This document shows, piece after piece, positions 12,535 through 23,815 of a stretch of DNA of 64,000 nt. Made by a program: the position numbers and the translations under genes. The DNA is taken from contig JBHGNT010000014.1 in NCBI GenBank assembly GCA_043228905.1, forward strand, positions 1,488,001 to 1,552,000, in the 5' to 3' direction. Within the stretch, counting starts at the first letter, position 1. Each line of letters opens with the position of its first letter. The DNA comes from Azolla caroliniana (lineage: Eukaryota > Plantae > Polypodiophyta). The notes beneath the pieces are model-generated. The model did not search any database. It saw only the letters and a program-made list of their open reading frames with translations, and was not told the origin of the DNA.

Positions 12535-15135
12535 AAGACCTAAGGGTTTGGTGAAGTTGTTTGCAACTTGCCGATCAATAAGAACGTACAAAAGTTCCAC
12601 TTCACTGGAGAGCACCCACTCACAGAAAAAATGGTAATGCACATCAATGTGCTTAGTCCACGCATGGAAGACAGGGTTCTTCGCTAGTTGGATGTTGCTG
12701 AGGTTGTCGCAATAGATCACAACCGGATCGGTCACCTCCACTCACAGAATCTTTAATAGTTGTTCGAGCAAACTAGCTTCACATGTAGCGACAGCCACTC
12801 CTCGATACTCGGCCTCCGTGCTGGACAATGCAACGGCCAGCTGGTTCTTACTATTGTAGGCAATCACGACCCTTCCAAGTGAAACGCGAAGCCTGATGTA
12901 GACTTGTGGTCGCATGTATTTCCGGCCCAATCATCGGTGTAGCCGACAAGCTGTTCAGTAATACATATCCTTTAATAGTTGTTCGAGCAAACTAGCTTCG
13001 CATGTCAAGACCTAAGGGTTTGGTGAAGATGTCGGCAACTTGCCGATCAATTAGAACGTACAAAAGTTCCACTTCACCGGATAGTACCTAGTCACAGAAA
13101 AAATGGTAATGCACCTCAATGTGCTTAATCCAGGTGTGGAAGACAGGGTTCTTTGCTAGTTGGATGTTGTTGAGGTTGTCGCAATAGATCACAACTGGAT
13201 CGGTCACCTCCACTCGCAAATCCTTTAATAGCCGTTTGAGCAAACTGGCTTCGCATGTAACAACAACCACTCCTCGATACTCGGCCTCCGTGCTGGACAG
13301 TACAATGGCCAGTTGGTTCTTGTTGTTGTAGGCAATCACGACACTTCCAAGTGAAAACGCGAAGCCTGATGTAGACTCTTGGTCACTTGTATTTCCGGCC
13401 CAATCATCGGTGTAGCCGACAAGCTATTCAGCAATACCGGTTTGATACGGCCCAATCATCGATGTAGCCGACAAGCTGTTCAGTAGTACATATCCTTTAG
13501 TAGTCATTCGAGCAAACTGGCTTCGCATGTCAAGACCTAAGGGTTTGGTGAAGATGTCGGCAACTTGCCGATCAATTAGGACGTCCAAAACTTCCACTTC
13601 ACCGGAGAGTACCCAGTCACAGAAAAAATGGTAATGCACCTCAATGTGCTTAGTCCAAGCGTGGAAGACAAGGTTCTTCGCTAGTTGGATGTTGTTGAGG
13701 TTGTCGCAATAGATCACAACTGGATCGGTCACCTCCACTCCCAGATAATTGAATAGTCGTTCGAGCAAACTGGCTTCGCATGTAGCAACAACCGCTCCTT
13801 GATACTCGGCCTCCGTGCTGGATAGTGCAACGGCCAGCTGGTTAAACACGAAGCCTCATGTAGACTTGTGGTCGCTTGTATTTCCGGCCCAATCATCGGT
13901 GTAGCCGACAAGCTGTTCAACAGTACCGGTCTGATACGGCCCAATCATCGGTGTAGCCAACAAGTTGTTCAACAGTACTGATCCTTTAATAGCCATTTGA
14001 GCAAATTGGCTTCGCATATAGCGACAGCCGCGGCTCGATACTCGGCCTCCGTGTTGGACAGTGCAACTGCCAGCTGGTTCTTGCTGTTGTAGGCAATCAC
14101 GACGCTTCCAAGTGAAAACGTGAAGCCTGATGTAGACTTGTGGTCACCTGTATTTCTGGCCCAATCATCAATGTAGCCGACAAGCTGTTCAGTAGTACAG
14201 GTCTGATACGGCCCAATCATCAGTGTAGCCGACAAGCTGTTCAGCAGTACCGGTCTGATACGGCCCAATCATCGGTGTAGCCGACAAGCTGTTCAGCAGT
14301 AGAGATCCTTTAATAGCCGTTCGAGCAAACTGGCTTCGCATGTCAAGACCTAAGGGTTTGGTGAAGATGTCGGCAACTTGCCGATCAGTTAGAACGTCCA
14401 AAAGTTCCACTTCACCGGAGAGTACCCAGTCATAGAAAAAATGGTAATGCACCTCAATGTGCTTAGTCCAAGCGTGGAAGACAGGGTTCTTCGCTAGTTG
14501 GATGTTGTTGAGGCTGTCACAATAGATCACAACCGGATCGGTCACCTCCACTCACAGATCCTTTAATAGCCATTCGAGCAAACTGGCTTTGCATGTAGCG
14601 ATAGCCGCTCCTCGATACTCGGCCTCCATGCTGGATAGTGCAACGGCCAGTTGGTTCTTATTGTTGTAGGCAATCACGGCGCTTCCAAGTAAAAACGTGA
14701 AGCCTGATGTGGACTTGTGATCGCCTGTATTTCCGACCCAATCATCGTTGTAGCCGACAAGCTATTCAGTAGTAGAGATCCTTTAATAACCGTTCGAACA
14801 AACTAGTTTCGCATGTCAAGACCTAAGGGTTTGGTGAAGATGTCGGCAACTTGCCGATCAATTAGAACGTACAAAAGTTCCACTTCACCGGAGAGTACCC
14901 ACTCACAGAAAAAATGGTAATGCACCTCAATGTGCTTAATCCAGGCGTGGAAGACAGGGTTCTTCGTTTGTTGGATGTTGTTGAGGTTGTCGCAATAGAT
15001 CACAATTGGATCGGTCACCTCCACTCCCAGATAATTTAATAGTCGTTCGAGCAAACTGGCTTCGCATGTAGCGACAACCGCTCCTTGATACTCGGCCTCC
15101 GTGCTGGATAGTGCAACGGCCAGCTGGTTAAACAC
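12535..15135 (-). repeat. Complex tandem amplification of the Copia RNase H segment (5 main units of about 320-815 bp plus ~50-bp subrepeats)
   Basis: AAGACCTAAGGGTTTGGTGAAG recurs at about 12535, 13007, 13532, 14345 and 14818. The ORF track repeats [23 protein letters not shown]. Confidence 0.93.
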
Positions 15136-15179
15136 ACTATCCTTAGTGTTGCCAACATACCTGAGTATTCGTTGCGCGA

Positions 15180-17161
15180 TGCCGTGATGTTTCTAACACA
15201 TAGTGTGAAACCACCCTCGAAAAGAAGCAAAATCGTAGTTTTAATAAACTAGTATTGTGAAGTCAACTTTATTGGTAGCAAAAATACCTTTTCATTTTGC
15301 CAAAGATAATTCCTTATAAATAAAAGGTCAAAGGATTGAACCTTACAATAAATAATGATGAATATTATGTTAGAGGCGGTTTTCAAAAGTAGAGAAAAAA
15401 AAAAAAGCACGCGTGGATATGAGGAGCACAGTAGAGAAAAAAGCTCATAATTTCCTCATCAGATGTCCAAATTAGAAAAGAAAAGATGCATAAGAAAGCT
15501 AACGCAAAGAGATTTCCAAGAATATTTTGGATGTGAAATTTGGGGCTATAAAACAGAAATAGTGAGGAAAAGAAAAGTTGACTCATATAAACAAGCTTTT
15601 TTTTAGGGGAAAAAGGCAAGCAATCCTAAACCTATAAATAAGAGCCTATTCTACTGAAGAAGGAGGGGAGGGAGAAGGAACACGGAAGCTCTACTCAATT
15701 GGAAGGCAAAAGAAGAAGAATCAACAACATAGAGAGGCATCATCAACAAAGAATCACCTTCTTCTATATTCCATTCTCTTCTTTCCTCCACCTCTCTTCC
15801 CCCTTCCTTTATTAATTATCTCTCATATTCATATCAAACCCGTTGTAAAATTGATTCTTATTTTATAAAAGAATCTATTATATTGTAATAAACTAATGTT
15901 TGGTTTCACCTATGTGTCTTATATGTTATTATCATTTGTGCTTATTTGTTTGTGTGGCTTGTGACAAGGGAGCGTTTCGGGCTTGCCCATGCACCTCTCC
16001 TTTCACAAAGGCATCCAAACCTACATGTCTTATATGTTATCGTCATTTTTGCTTATTTGTTTGTGTGTCTTATGACAAGGGAGCGTTTCGGGCTTGTCCA
16101 TGCACCTCTTCTTTCACAAAGGCATTCAAACTTATGTATCTTATATGTTATTATCATTTGTGCTTATTTGTTTGTGTGTCTTGTGACAAGGGAGCGTTTC
16201 GGGCTTGCCCATGCACCTCTCCTTTCACAAAGGCATTCAAACTTACGTATCTTATATGTTATTGTCATTTGTGCTTATTTGTTTGTGTATCTTGTGACAA
16301 GGGAGCGTTTCGGGCTTGCCCATGCACCTCTCCTTTCACAAAGGCATTCATACTTACGTGTCTTATATGTTATTGTCATTTGTGCTTAATTTTTTGTGTC
16401 TTGTGACAAGGGAGCGTTTCGGGCTTGTCCATGCACCTCTCCTTTCACAAAGGCATTCAAACTTTCGTGTCTTACGTGTTAGTGTAAATCTTGCTTGTGT
16501 GTTCGTGCGACTTGTGGCAAGGGAGCGTTCGGGCTTGCCCAAGCACCTCTCCTTTCACAAAGGCATTCGAAATTTTGTCTTGAGTGTTAGTGTAAACCTT
16601 GCTTGTATGTTCGCGTGTCTTGTAACAAGGGAGTGTTCGGGCTTGCCCATGCACCTCTCTTTTAACAAAGGCATTCGAAATTCTATCTCTCGTGTGTGTA
16701 AGTAAGCCTTTTCCTTGTGCGTTCGCATGTCTTGTAACAAGGGAGCGTTCGGGCTTGCCCATGCACCTCTCTTTTCACAAAGGCATTCGAAACTCTGTCT
16801 CTCGTGTGTGTAAGTAAGCCTTTTCCTTGTGTGTTCACGTGTCTTGTAACAAGGGCGCATTCGGGCTTGCCCATGCACCTCTCTTTTCACAAAGGCATTT
16901 GAAACTCTATCTCCCATGTGTGTAAGCCTTTTCCTCATGTCTCCGTGTGTAAGGCTTCCTCATGTGCATTCGTTTGCCTTGTGACTAGGGGTTGATTCGA
17001 GCTTGCCCATGCACCTCTCCTTTTCACAAACACGTTCGAATACTCGTGCCTTGTTTGTGTAAGCTTTCCTTGTGTTGTGCGTGTGAGCCCTATTTCCTTC
17101 CCGTCCATAATCCCGGCGGTCCCGCCTCACGATCCGCACATAGTGACGAATTTTCACGACA
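15180..17161 (+). mobile_element. Solo LTR (~1.98 kb) inserted in Copia-C RT
   Basis: Termini TGCCGTGA...TCACGACA (near-inverted). Flanks GCGCG(A)/GCGCG are TSD-like. Host frame EHLQR-A-QRILRY is continuous across it. TATA box CTATAAATA at about 15632. Confidence 0.85.
15905..17040 (+). repeat. ~111-bp tandem array (10 copies) in the solo LTR
   Basis: Core CTTGTGACAAGGGAGCGTTTCGGGCTTGCCCATGCACCTCTCCTTTCACAAAGG starts at about 15958, 16069, 16180, 16291, 16400, 16511, 16619, 16731, 16843 and 16978. Confidence 0.95.
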
Positions 17162-18077
17162 GCGCGCTGAAGGTGCTCCACGGTTGGATGCGCCATGAAC
17201 TCACTAATCAAGTCGACCGGATAGTTGAGGTCTGACCGGGTGATGGTCAAGTATATAAGGCTTCTGACTATCTGTCAGAACCTTTTTGGGTCGCATGTCG
17301 TTCCGGAGTTGGGGTGAACCTTCACATTCCTATCCAAAGGAGTTGAGATGGGTTTGTACTCCATCATTCCGAACTTGAAGAGCATACTCAACACGTAATG
17401 TCGTTGGTTGATCAATATGACTTCCAAGGAGTAGATCACCTCGATCCTGAGGAAGTAATGAAGGTCCCCCAGATCCTTCATGTCAACTGATGCCATTAAT
17501 TGGGACTTGGCGCGACCAATTTCTTCTTCGTCGGCACTAGCGATGACTAAATCATCAACGTAAAGTAAAATACTAACCGTCCCACTCCGATCTTGCCTGA
17601 TGAAAAGTGAAGAGTCTGACTTCGACGTGGCAAACCCCATCTGACACAATCTCTGCATGATCTTTGCGTTCCAAGCACATGGGGCCTGCTTGAGTTCGTA
17701 CCGAGACTTCTTCAATCGGCAAACAACCATCGTGTTCATTCCGGACTGGAAACCGGGGGGTTGTACCATGTACACCTATTTCTCAAGCTCACCTTGTAGG
17801 AACACATTCTTTACATCCATTTGATGTAAGTGCCACCCCTTTGCCACAAACATCGCTAGCAAGACACGAACGGTTGTCATCTTCACGACCTGCGCAAACA
17901 TCTCATCATAGTCGATGTTGTGTTGTTGCGCGTAGCCCTTTGCCACCAGTCGGGCCTTGTACCGATTAACGGAGCCGTTGGCATTGTATTTGACTTTGTA
18001 CACCCGTCGACAACCGATCAGCTTCATCCCTTTTCGTACATTAACCAAGTCCCATGTTTCGTTTTCCATGAGCACAA

Positions 18078-18390
18078 GCATCTCTTCCTCCATAGAGGCA
18101 CGCTATTGCATCCTTTGTTGCTTCTGCATAGCTCTCCAGCTCATGCACTTCCACCACCTTTGTCATGCATGCATAGTGATGTGCCATGTAGTCGTTATAT
18201 CCGTATCGAGCTACGGGGTGCTTCTGACGGGCACCTGCATCTCTTCCTCCATAGAGGCACGCTATTGCATCCTTTGTTGCTTCTGCTTAGCTCTCCGGCT
18301 CACGCACTTCCACCACCTTTGTCATGCACGCATAGTGATGCGTCATGTAGTTGTTATATCCGTACCGAGCTATGGGGTTCTTATGACGGG
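18078..18390 (-). repeat. ~159-bp tandem duplication in the Copia-C integrase-RT linker
   Basis: GCATCTCTTCCTCCATAGAGGCACGC starts at 18078 and 18237. Confidence 0.9.
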
Positions 18391-20678
18391 TAGATCGGCG
18401 CAATTTTTGCACTGCCGATTTGATGGCCCTCTTGGGCGATTCCGACCTCTTCTCCAAAGCTCCCTCCTTGGTCTTTCCAGAGTTGGATTTGCTTCGGTTT
18501 GACTCTTCCCTGTCAATGTCATATTCTGACATCTTCTTCTTCCCCTTCTCCTTGCGCGTGAACCGTCTCTTCAGTCCTTACATGAGGACAACACGACTAA
18601 GTCTCCACTACTCACCGGCTCCTCATCCGACTGGTCATTCCGACTCAATCTCTCATTCGGCCCACTTAGCCGGAATGGGATCGGACTCTCTTCTAGAGCT
18701 CCGAATTCTTCTTCGTACGGAGGCATTTCAGCCTCATTGACCTCATCCTCAGAATTCAAAATAGAGTTGTTAGGGTTCGCCGACGAAGGTAAGTACCATG
18801 AAGCTAACTGGTCGAAAACAACATCTTTGCTCGGACCTCATTTGTTCGGGGTTTATAACACTTATAACCCTTTTGTTCATCCAAGTAGTCGACCAAGATA
18901 CACTTCTCGACTTTGGCATCTAACTTCCTCCGCTTCTCCTTCGGCACATGCACATATGCAATGCTACCGAATACCCTTAAGTGTGCCAAGTTCGGCTTCT
19001 TCTTGAAATACAGGTCATGTGGCGACACTCCTCCATTTGCACAAGTCCAATTTTGCAGGTATACCGTCGTCCTAACGACTTTGACCCAATAGAATTTCGG
19101 CAAATACTTCTCCTCGAGCATTGCCCTGGCCGCTTCCTTTATCGTTCGATTCTTCCGTTCGGCCACACCGTTCTGCTCCAGTGTGTATCTGCAAGAGAAA
19201 GCTCGCCAAAATCCTTCCTTCTACAAATAACTCAAGAATTGGTCGGAAAAGTACTCTTTTCCGCCATCGAACCTCAAGCACTTGATTTTTCTGCTGGTTT
19301 CCCGTTTCGCAAGCCTCTTCACCTTGACGAAGTAGGTAAATACTTCACTCTTCTTCGCGATCAAGCACGCCCAAGTGTGCAGAGTGTAGTCATCGATGAA
19401 GGTTACAAAGTAGTGGCTTCCTCTGATGCTCATGTTCTATGCTAGTCTCCAGAGATCCAAATGGATTAAATCGAGCCGATTTCGGTCGTTGGGGAATGGA
19501 AGTCGGTGCTACTTCCCTAGCTAGGAAGCTTCACAAATCTGGACCTTTTGGCCACTATACTTCGGTAGTCCGGAAACCACATGTTTCGACTACATCTCCT
19601 GAAGCCTCCGGAAGTTGATGTGGAATAGGTCGATATCCGACTCGACCTTTTGCCCTTTTGCAAACATAGCAATTCCGACCTCATTTGTCTCGAGGATAAA
19701 CATCCTCCCTTCTCGGCACCCTTGTGCAATGACTTTGCTTTTGTCTTCGATGAAGCACCCGAGATGTGTGAACCGGACCTGCATCCCTTGGTCGACAATC
19801 TATCCAACGGACACTAGATTCTTTATGATTGTTGGGACGTGCAAAGCATTCATCAACTTCCCCTTCTGCCCGACATGGTTTAGGGGAACTTCACTGACGT
19901 GTTTGATGGTATGTGGGGTGTCATCACCAGTTTCGACAACCCCTGGTTGTTCTGGTTTCTCCAAATACGAGAACCACTCCTCGTGGCTCATCACATGGTT
20001 TGACACTCCGGAGTCAACATACCATACCTCGTTCGGTTTCGAAGTGCTTGTCTTCATCGAATTAGTCTTGTGCTTCGTCAGAAAGGTTGGGTCCAATCCA
20101 TTTTCAATCTTTCCGGTTCTAGATCCTTCCATTCCTTCGACATAGTGTGAGCTTTGTCAACTCCCTTGTCCGGCCTTTCCGGATCCGGATTTGTCCGAAT
20201 CGGCGCGCTTCTTTCGGCCACAGTATTAGCATTTCGTTTTGACCTTTGCTTGCCGGTTTCCGATGCCACCTTGACTCCCCCTATTTCCGGAGGGTCCATA
20301 ATTGTTGTCGGCATTTCGATTATGCCATCAGTTTTGCTGCTATCAGTCGTGACCATTGTGTGTTGACCAGCCTCATCCACCACGACCTATCTTCCTCCGT
20401 GTACAACATCTTGTTGTCGGTGTGCATGCTCGTCGACGCACCCGCATGGTTCTCCTGTACAAGGAGCATTGACTATAAGTCAAAAATGAAGGCGTATTCT
20501 CCCTCGTGCAAACCGCCATTTGGAATGCTCTAAACTTTGACGGAAAGCCCCTAAGGTAGGCCTACACCATCTCATCCTCCTCGATGGTCACATTGATGGA
20601 GGCAAGGGAGTCACAGATCTCCTTGATCCGAGCTGTATAGTCAGCCAACAACATGTCTTTCTATCGGACATTGCTCAA

Positions 20679-22198
20679 AGGCCGGAGCGAACGAGGTTAC
20701 CAAAACGGGTATCCAGTGCGGAAAGATGGACGAGCAAGGCCAAGAGAGCCAAACGGAGCCGGAAAGGACTACAACGACGAAGGAAGAAGAGGACGACGCA
20801 GAGGTCGGGACTACGGCGAGTGAAGGACGTGAAACGGAGCATGCACTACGGCCGGCAAAGGGCCAAGAAACAAGCATACATCCGGAAGAGCGGCAATGAA
20901 TGACCGGTGATAGCAGTCTAGTCGAGCCTTTGAGAGGCAAGCATGGGACAGAAGGCGGAGCGGTGAGTTGCCGGGATTGGCGGATGAATGGCGAGAGCGG
21001 AGGATGGTGCGTGGAGAGCAAAGGGCTACGCACCGAGAAGAGAAAACACGGCATCCCGAATGACATGCGAGGCCAAGCGGGCCAAGAGGAAGCAAGTCGG
21101 GATGAAGCGGTAACGAGAGCGCGAAGGACCCTAACACGAAGGTCGGGATGATGGTACATTTTACCGCGAGAGAGCACAACGAGCAAGGGAGAAGCAAGGA
21201 GCGTGTAATGGGGTCACCTAAGGACCGAAGAACGAGCGCGTATTCGGAGGACGACATTGACGCACGGGAAGAGCCTACGGAAGGCAAGCGTGGAACAAAG
21301 AGAGACGACACGCCGAGGTGCTCAGGACGAGGAGACAGTTGAACCAAAGGAGGGACACACGCGACACGCGAGGCACGGAATCCGGCGTACAACCGGAGTG
21401 ACCGGGGCCCTAATCAGAGGGCATACGCGGCGGACAAAGGAGGAGCGACTGGATCAGCAATAGAGTTCGGGAGGACCGATCGGGGAAGAAGGTGTGAGCG
21501 TCGGATATGGCGGATTGGGTTGAGCAGATGGATCGGGGTCGGTAGGAGCTAGGAAGGCAGTCGGGTGCCAGGACGGTGGAGAACCCGGTTGATCACCGTC
21601 ACCGAAATCTCTCACACTTTCCTTTCATGGCACATACCGGTGGATGTGCGGTTTGGTGGGGGTGGAACCGGGATGGAATGGGCAAGTCGGCAATGTGCAA
21701 CATGTGCACATGTATAGTAGGAAAATGGTGTATAGAATAAGGGGGAGAATTTAACCCACATTGTAACGTCCCTCCCTCCTTGAGCTATAAAAGGAAGGGA
21801 GGGGTCTCTTGTGAGGGGTCGCCTATTTTGAGTGAGAGCGGTATACCACTTAGGTCAAGGGTTTCTATTTCAGTTTTAGGGTTTCATCTAGGGTTTTACT
21901 GTTCTTCTTCTTCTTCATACCATTTCGGGTTTAGGGTTTTTTCTTCATCTTCTTTACTTTACTTAACCGGTTAGGGTTCCATATAGTGTTTTCGTTCAGC
22001 CTATGCGGCCATGGTTGTAAAGCGTTTGGTGTTTCTTAATATAACTCGTTTGCGTATCTTGCCTCCATCCATCCTATGTTTATGTTCTAGTCTTTCTCCT
22101 CTCCTCTCAAGCTAAGCTTCCATTCCCCCTCTACTCCCTAGTCCAAGACCCCGCGGTCCCGCCTAAGATCTTACATGTACTCGTGGACTACCGCGACA
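20679..22198 (+). mobile_element. 3' non-coding region, PPT and 3' LTR (~21667-22198, first bases missing) of an LTR element
   Basis: PPT-like GGTGGGGGTGGA at about 21655-21666. TATA CTATAAAAGG at about 21785. Ends CCGCGACA. Homologous to 33320-33600. Confidence 0.7.
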
Positions 22199-23815
22199 AC
22201 GGGAGAGGGTGTGGAGCAAGCCACCCTCTCAACTTGTGGAGAAGGACGACCCGAGGAAGGGTTGGGAAAGATTGAGGCCTGCGAAGGATCCTTCACACAG
22301 GGCTAGAGTCTTCGGTAGTCGGCAGCAAACCCAAGGGAAGCCCAAGAGACTGCAGGTGGTGGCAAGGAGACAAGGGCGAAGGCTGCGAAAGGGTCAATCC
22401 CACGGAGACCCTCACACCGATCCGGAGACTCAGGCAGCCGGCAACGAGAGCCGACGTGAGAACTAGAGGGATGGACGGTCATGGTAGGAGAACATGATAG
22501 GACAACGGGAAGCAGGAACGAGCGGACAAGAGGTATGAGGCCGACAATGTGGCCACGAACCGTATATGGACCCCGTCGGCAGGGTCGGAAGGATGAAGGA
22601 GGACGCGTGCGCGTAACACGGGTCGGTTACGGGGAAATTTTCAAAGCCGAAGAAGGATCCACCACACTTCTACCGGAGACCCTCGGCACCTCAGTCGAGG
22701 TAGTGACGGTTGTCATGGCAAGCGTAAGCCGGAGGTGATAACCAGGTGGGGGTGAGGGGATGAAGGCAACGACGGGCGACGACGCCGGACCCAACCAACG
22801 TGACGCGGAGACGACGGGCCGTGCAGTCCGAAATGGGCAAGGGCGATCCTTTGTTGGTAGCAGCACGGAAAGCTACCAAGGACACCCAAGCGCGGGGCGG
22901 TGTGTCGAGCCGAAAAGGGCACACCCGGAAGTGGATCGGAAGACGTGTGTGTGGCCATCGAGGGCCAAAGTAAAGCATGGGTACATGCGGTGTTCGGCAC
23001 AGGCGGTGCCGAGCAAGGAAGGTAGAAGACGGCACACGGTAGTGCTGGGTCGGAAACCGGGCATGGGATAGGCTGCATGGGTCGGTAGCCAGAAACGGTA
23101 TAGGTGACCGAAGGAGGATCCTCCACACCCGCTTTGGAGATCTCGGCAGCTCAGTCGGAGTGGCAACGACTTGCATAGCAAGCCAAGCCCGAGAAAACAA
23201 GTTGGTGGGGGCGAGGGGACGACGGCAAGTGTATGGCGTCGAACCAGTTTCAGCAACGTAGAACGAAAGGGGCCAAGCGGTGTTGTCCGCCAGAATAGTA
23301 ACCGACGGACAGGAGCACAGAAATATAGAATATAGTAAAAACGCAACGCATGTAAACGGTTCATGCGTGAAGCGTGAACGGCTAAAAGACCATGTGTATA
23401 TAAAGGGCAGAAATCCTCTAATAGAGGGAGCGTCTAAAATTTGGTGCTTAGAGCATATCTTAATAGAGTTTTATCTTCTCTGATATCCTGTGCATATCTA
23501 TGGTTAATCTACTATGTGTCTGTGATTCTTGGTGGCGTATTGTAATCGTTGTAATCGTAAGAAGCGTAGGCGTGAGTGCGAGTGTTGTGACTAGTGCACT
23601 ATCTAGGGAGTTCAGTTGTAGGCGTCTCCCTTATACGCTACTAGGATACAGAGAGTTATCCCATTACGTATTACGGTACGATGGTACCATTCGTGGCAAC
23701 ATAGTCACCTTGAGGTCTAGGTCGAAGGACTGATTGAAGACCGTGTTCCTAATCGGTAACACGTTTGGCACGCTTGGTGATCTGTGTCTTCTCACAAACG
23801 AACAACGACCAATGG

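Larger units (their letters stand above)
11900..20678 (-). mobile_element. Copia-C: decayed Copia of the Copia-B family, no LTRs visible, split by a solo LTR and carrying an amplified RNase H region
   Basis: Minus-strand ORFs WYVDSGVS, MAERKNRT, QMDVKNVFL, LYVDDL and KHIEVHYHF are collinear with Copia-B. Truncated in gag at about 20678. Confidence 0.88.

Noticed and set aside
15445-15470. CTGATGAGGAAA on the minus strand (hammerhead core)
   Set aside because: There is no stem II or supporting stems.
15905-17040. CRISPR-like repeat-spacer appearance (also 1-560 and 38244-38550)
   Set aside because: Linkers are homologous to their neighbours rather than unique, the context is eukaryotic LTR/promoter DNA, and no cas genes are present.
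20641-23364. Overlapping antisense ORFs in GC-rich TE internal DNA
   Set aside because: They are open in many frames and show no recognisable motif. A decayed antisense ORF cannot be excluded.
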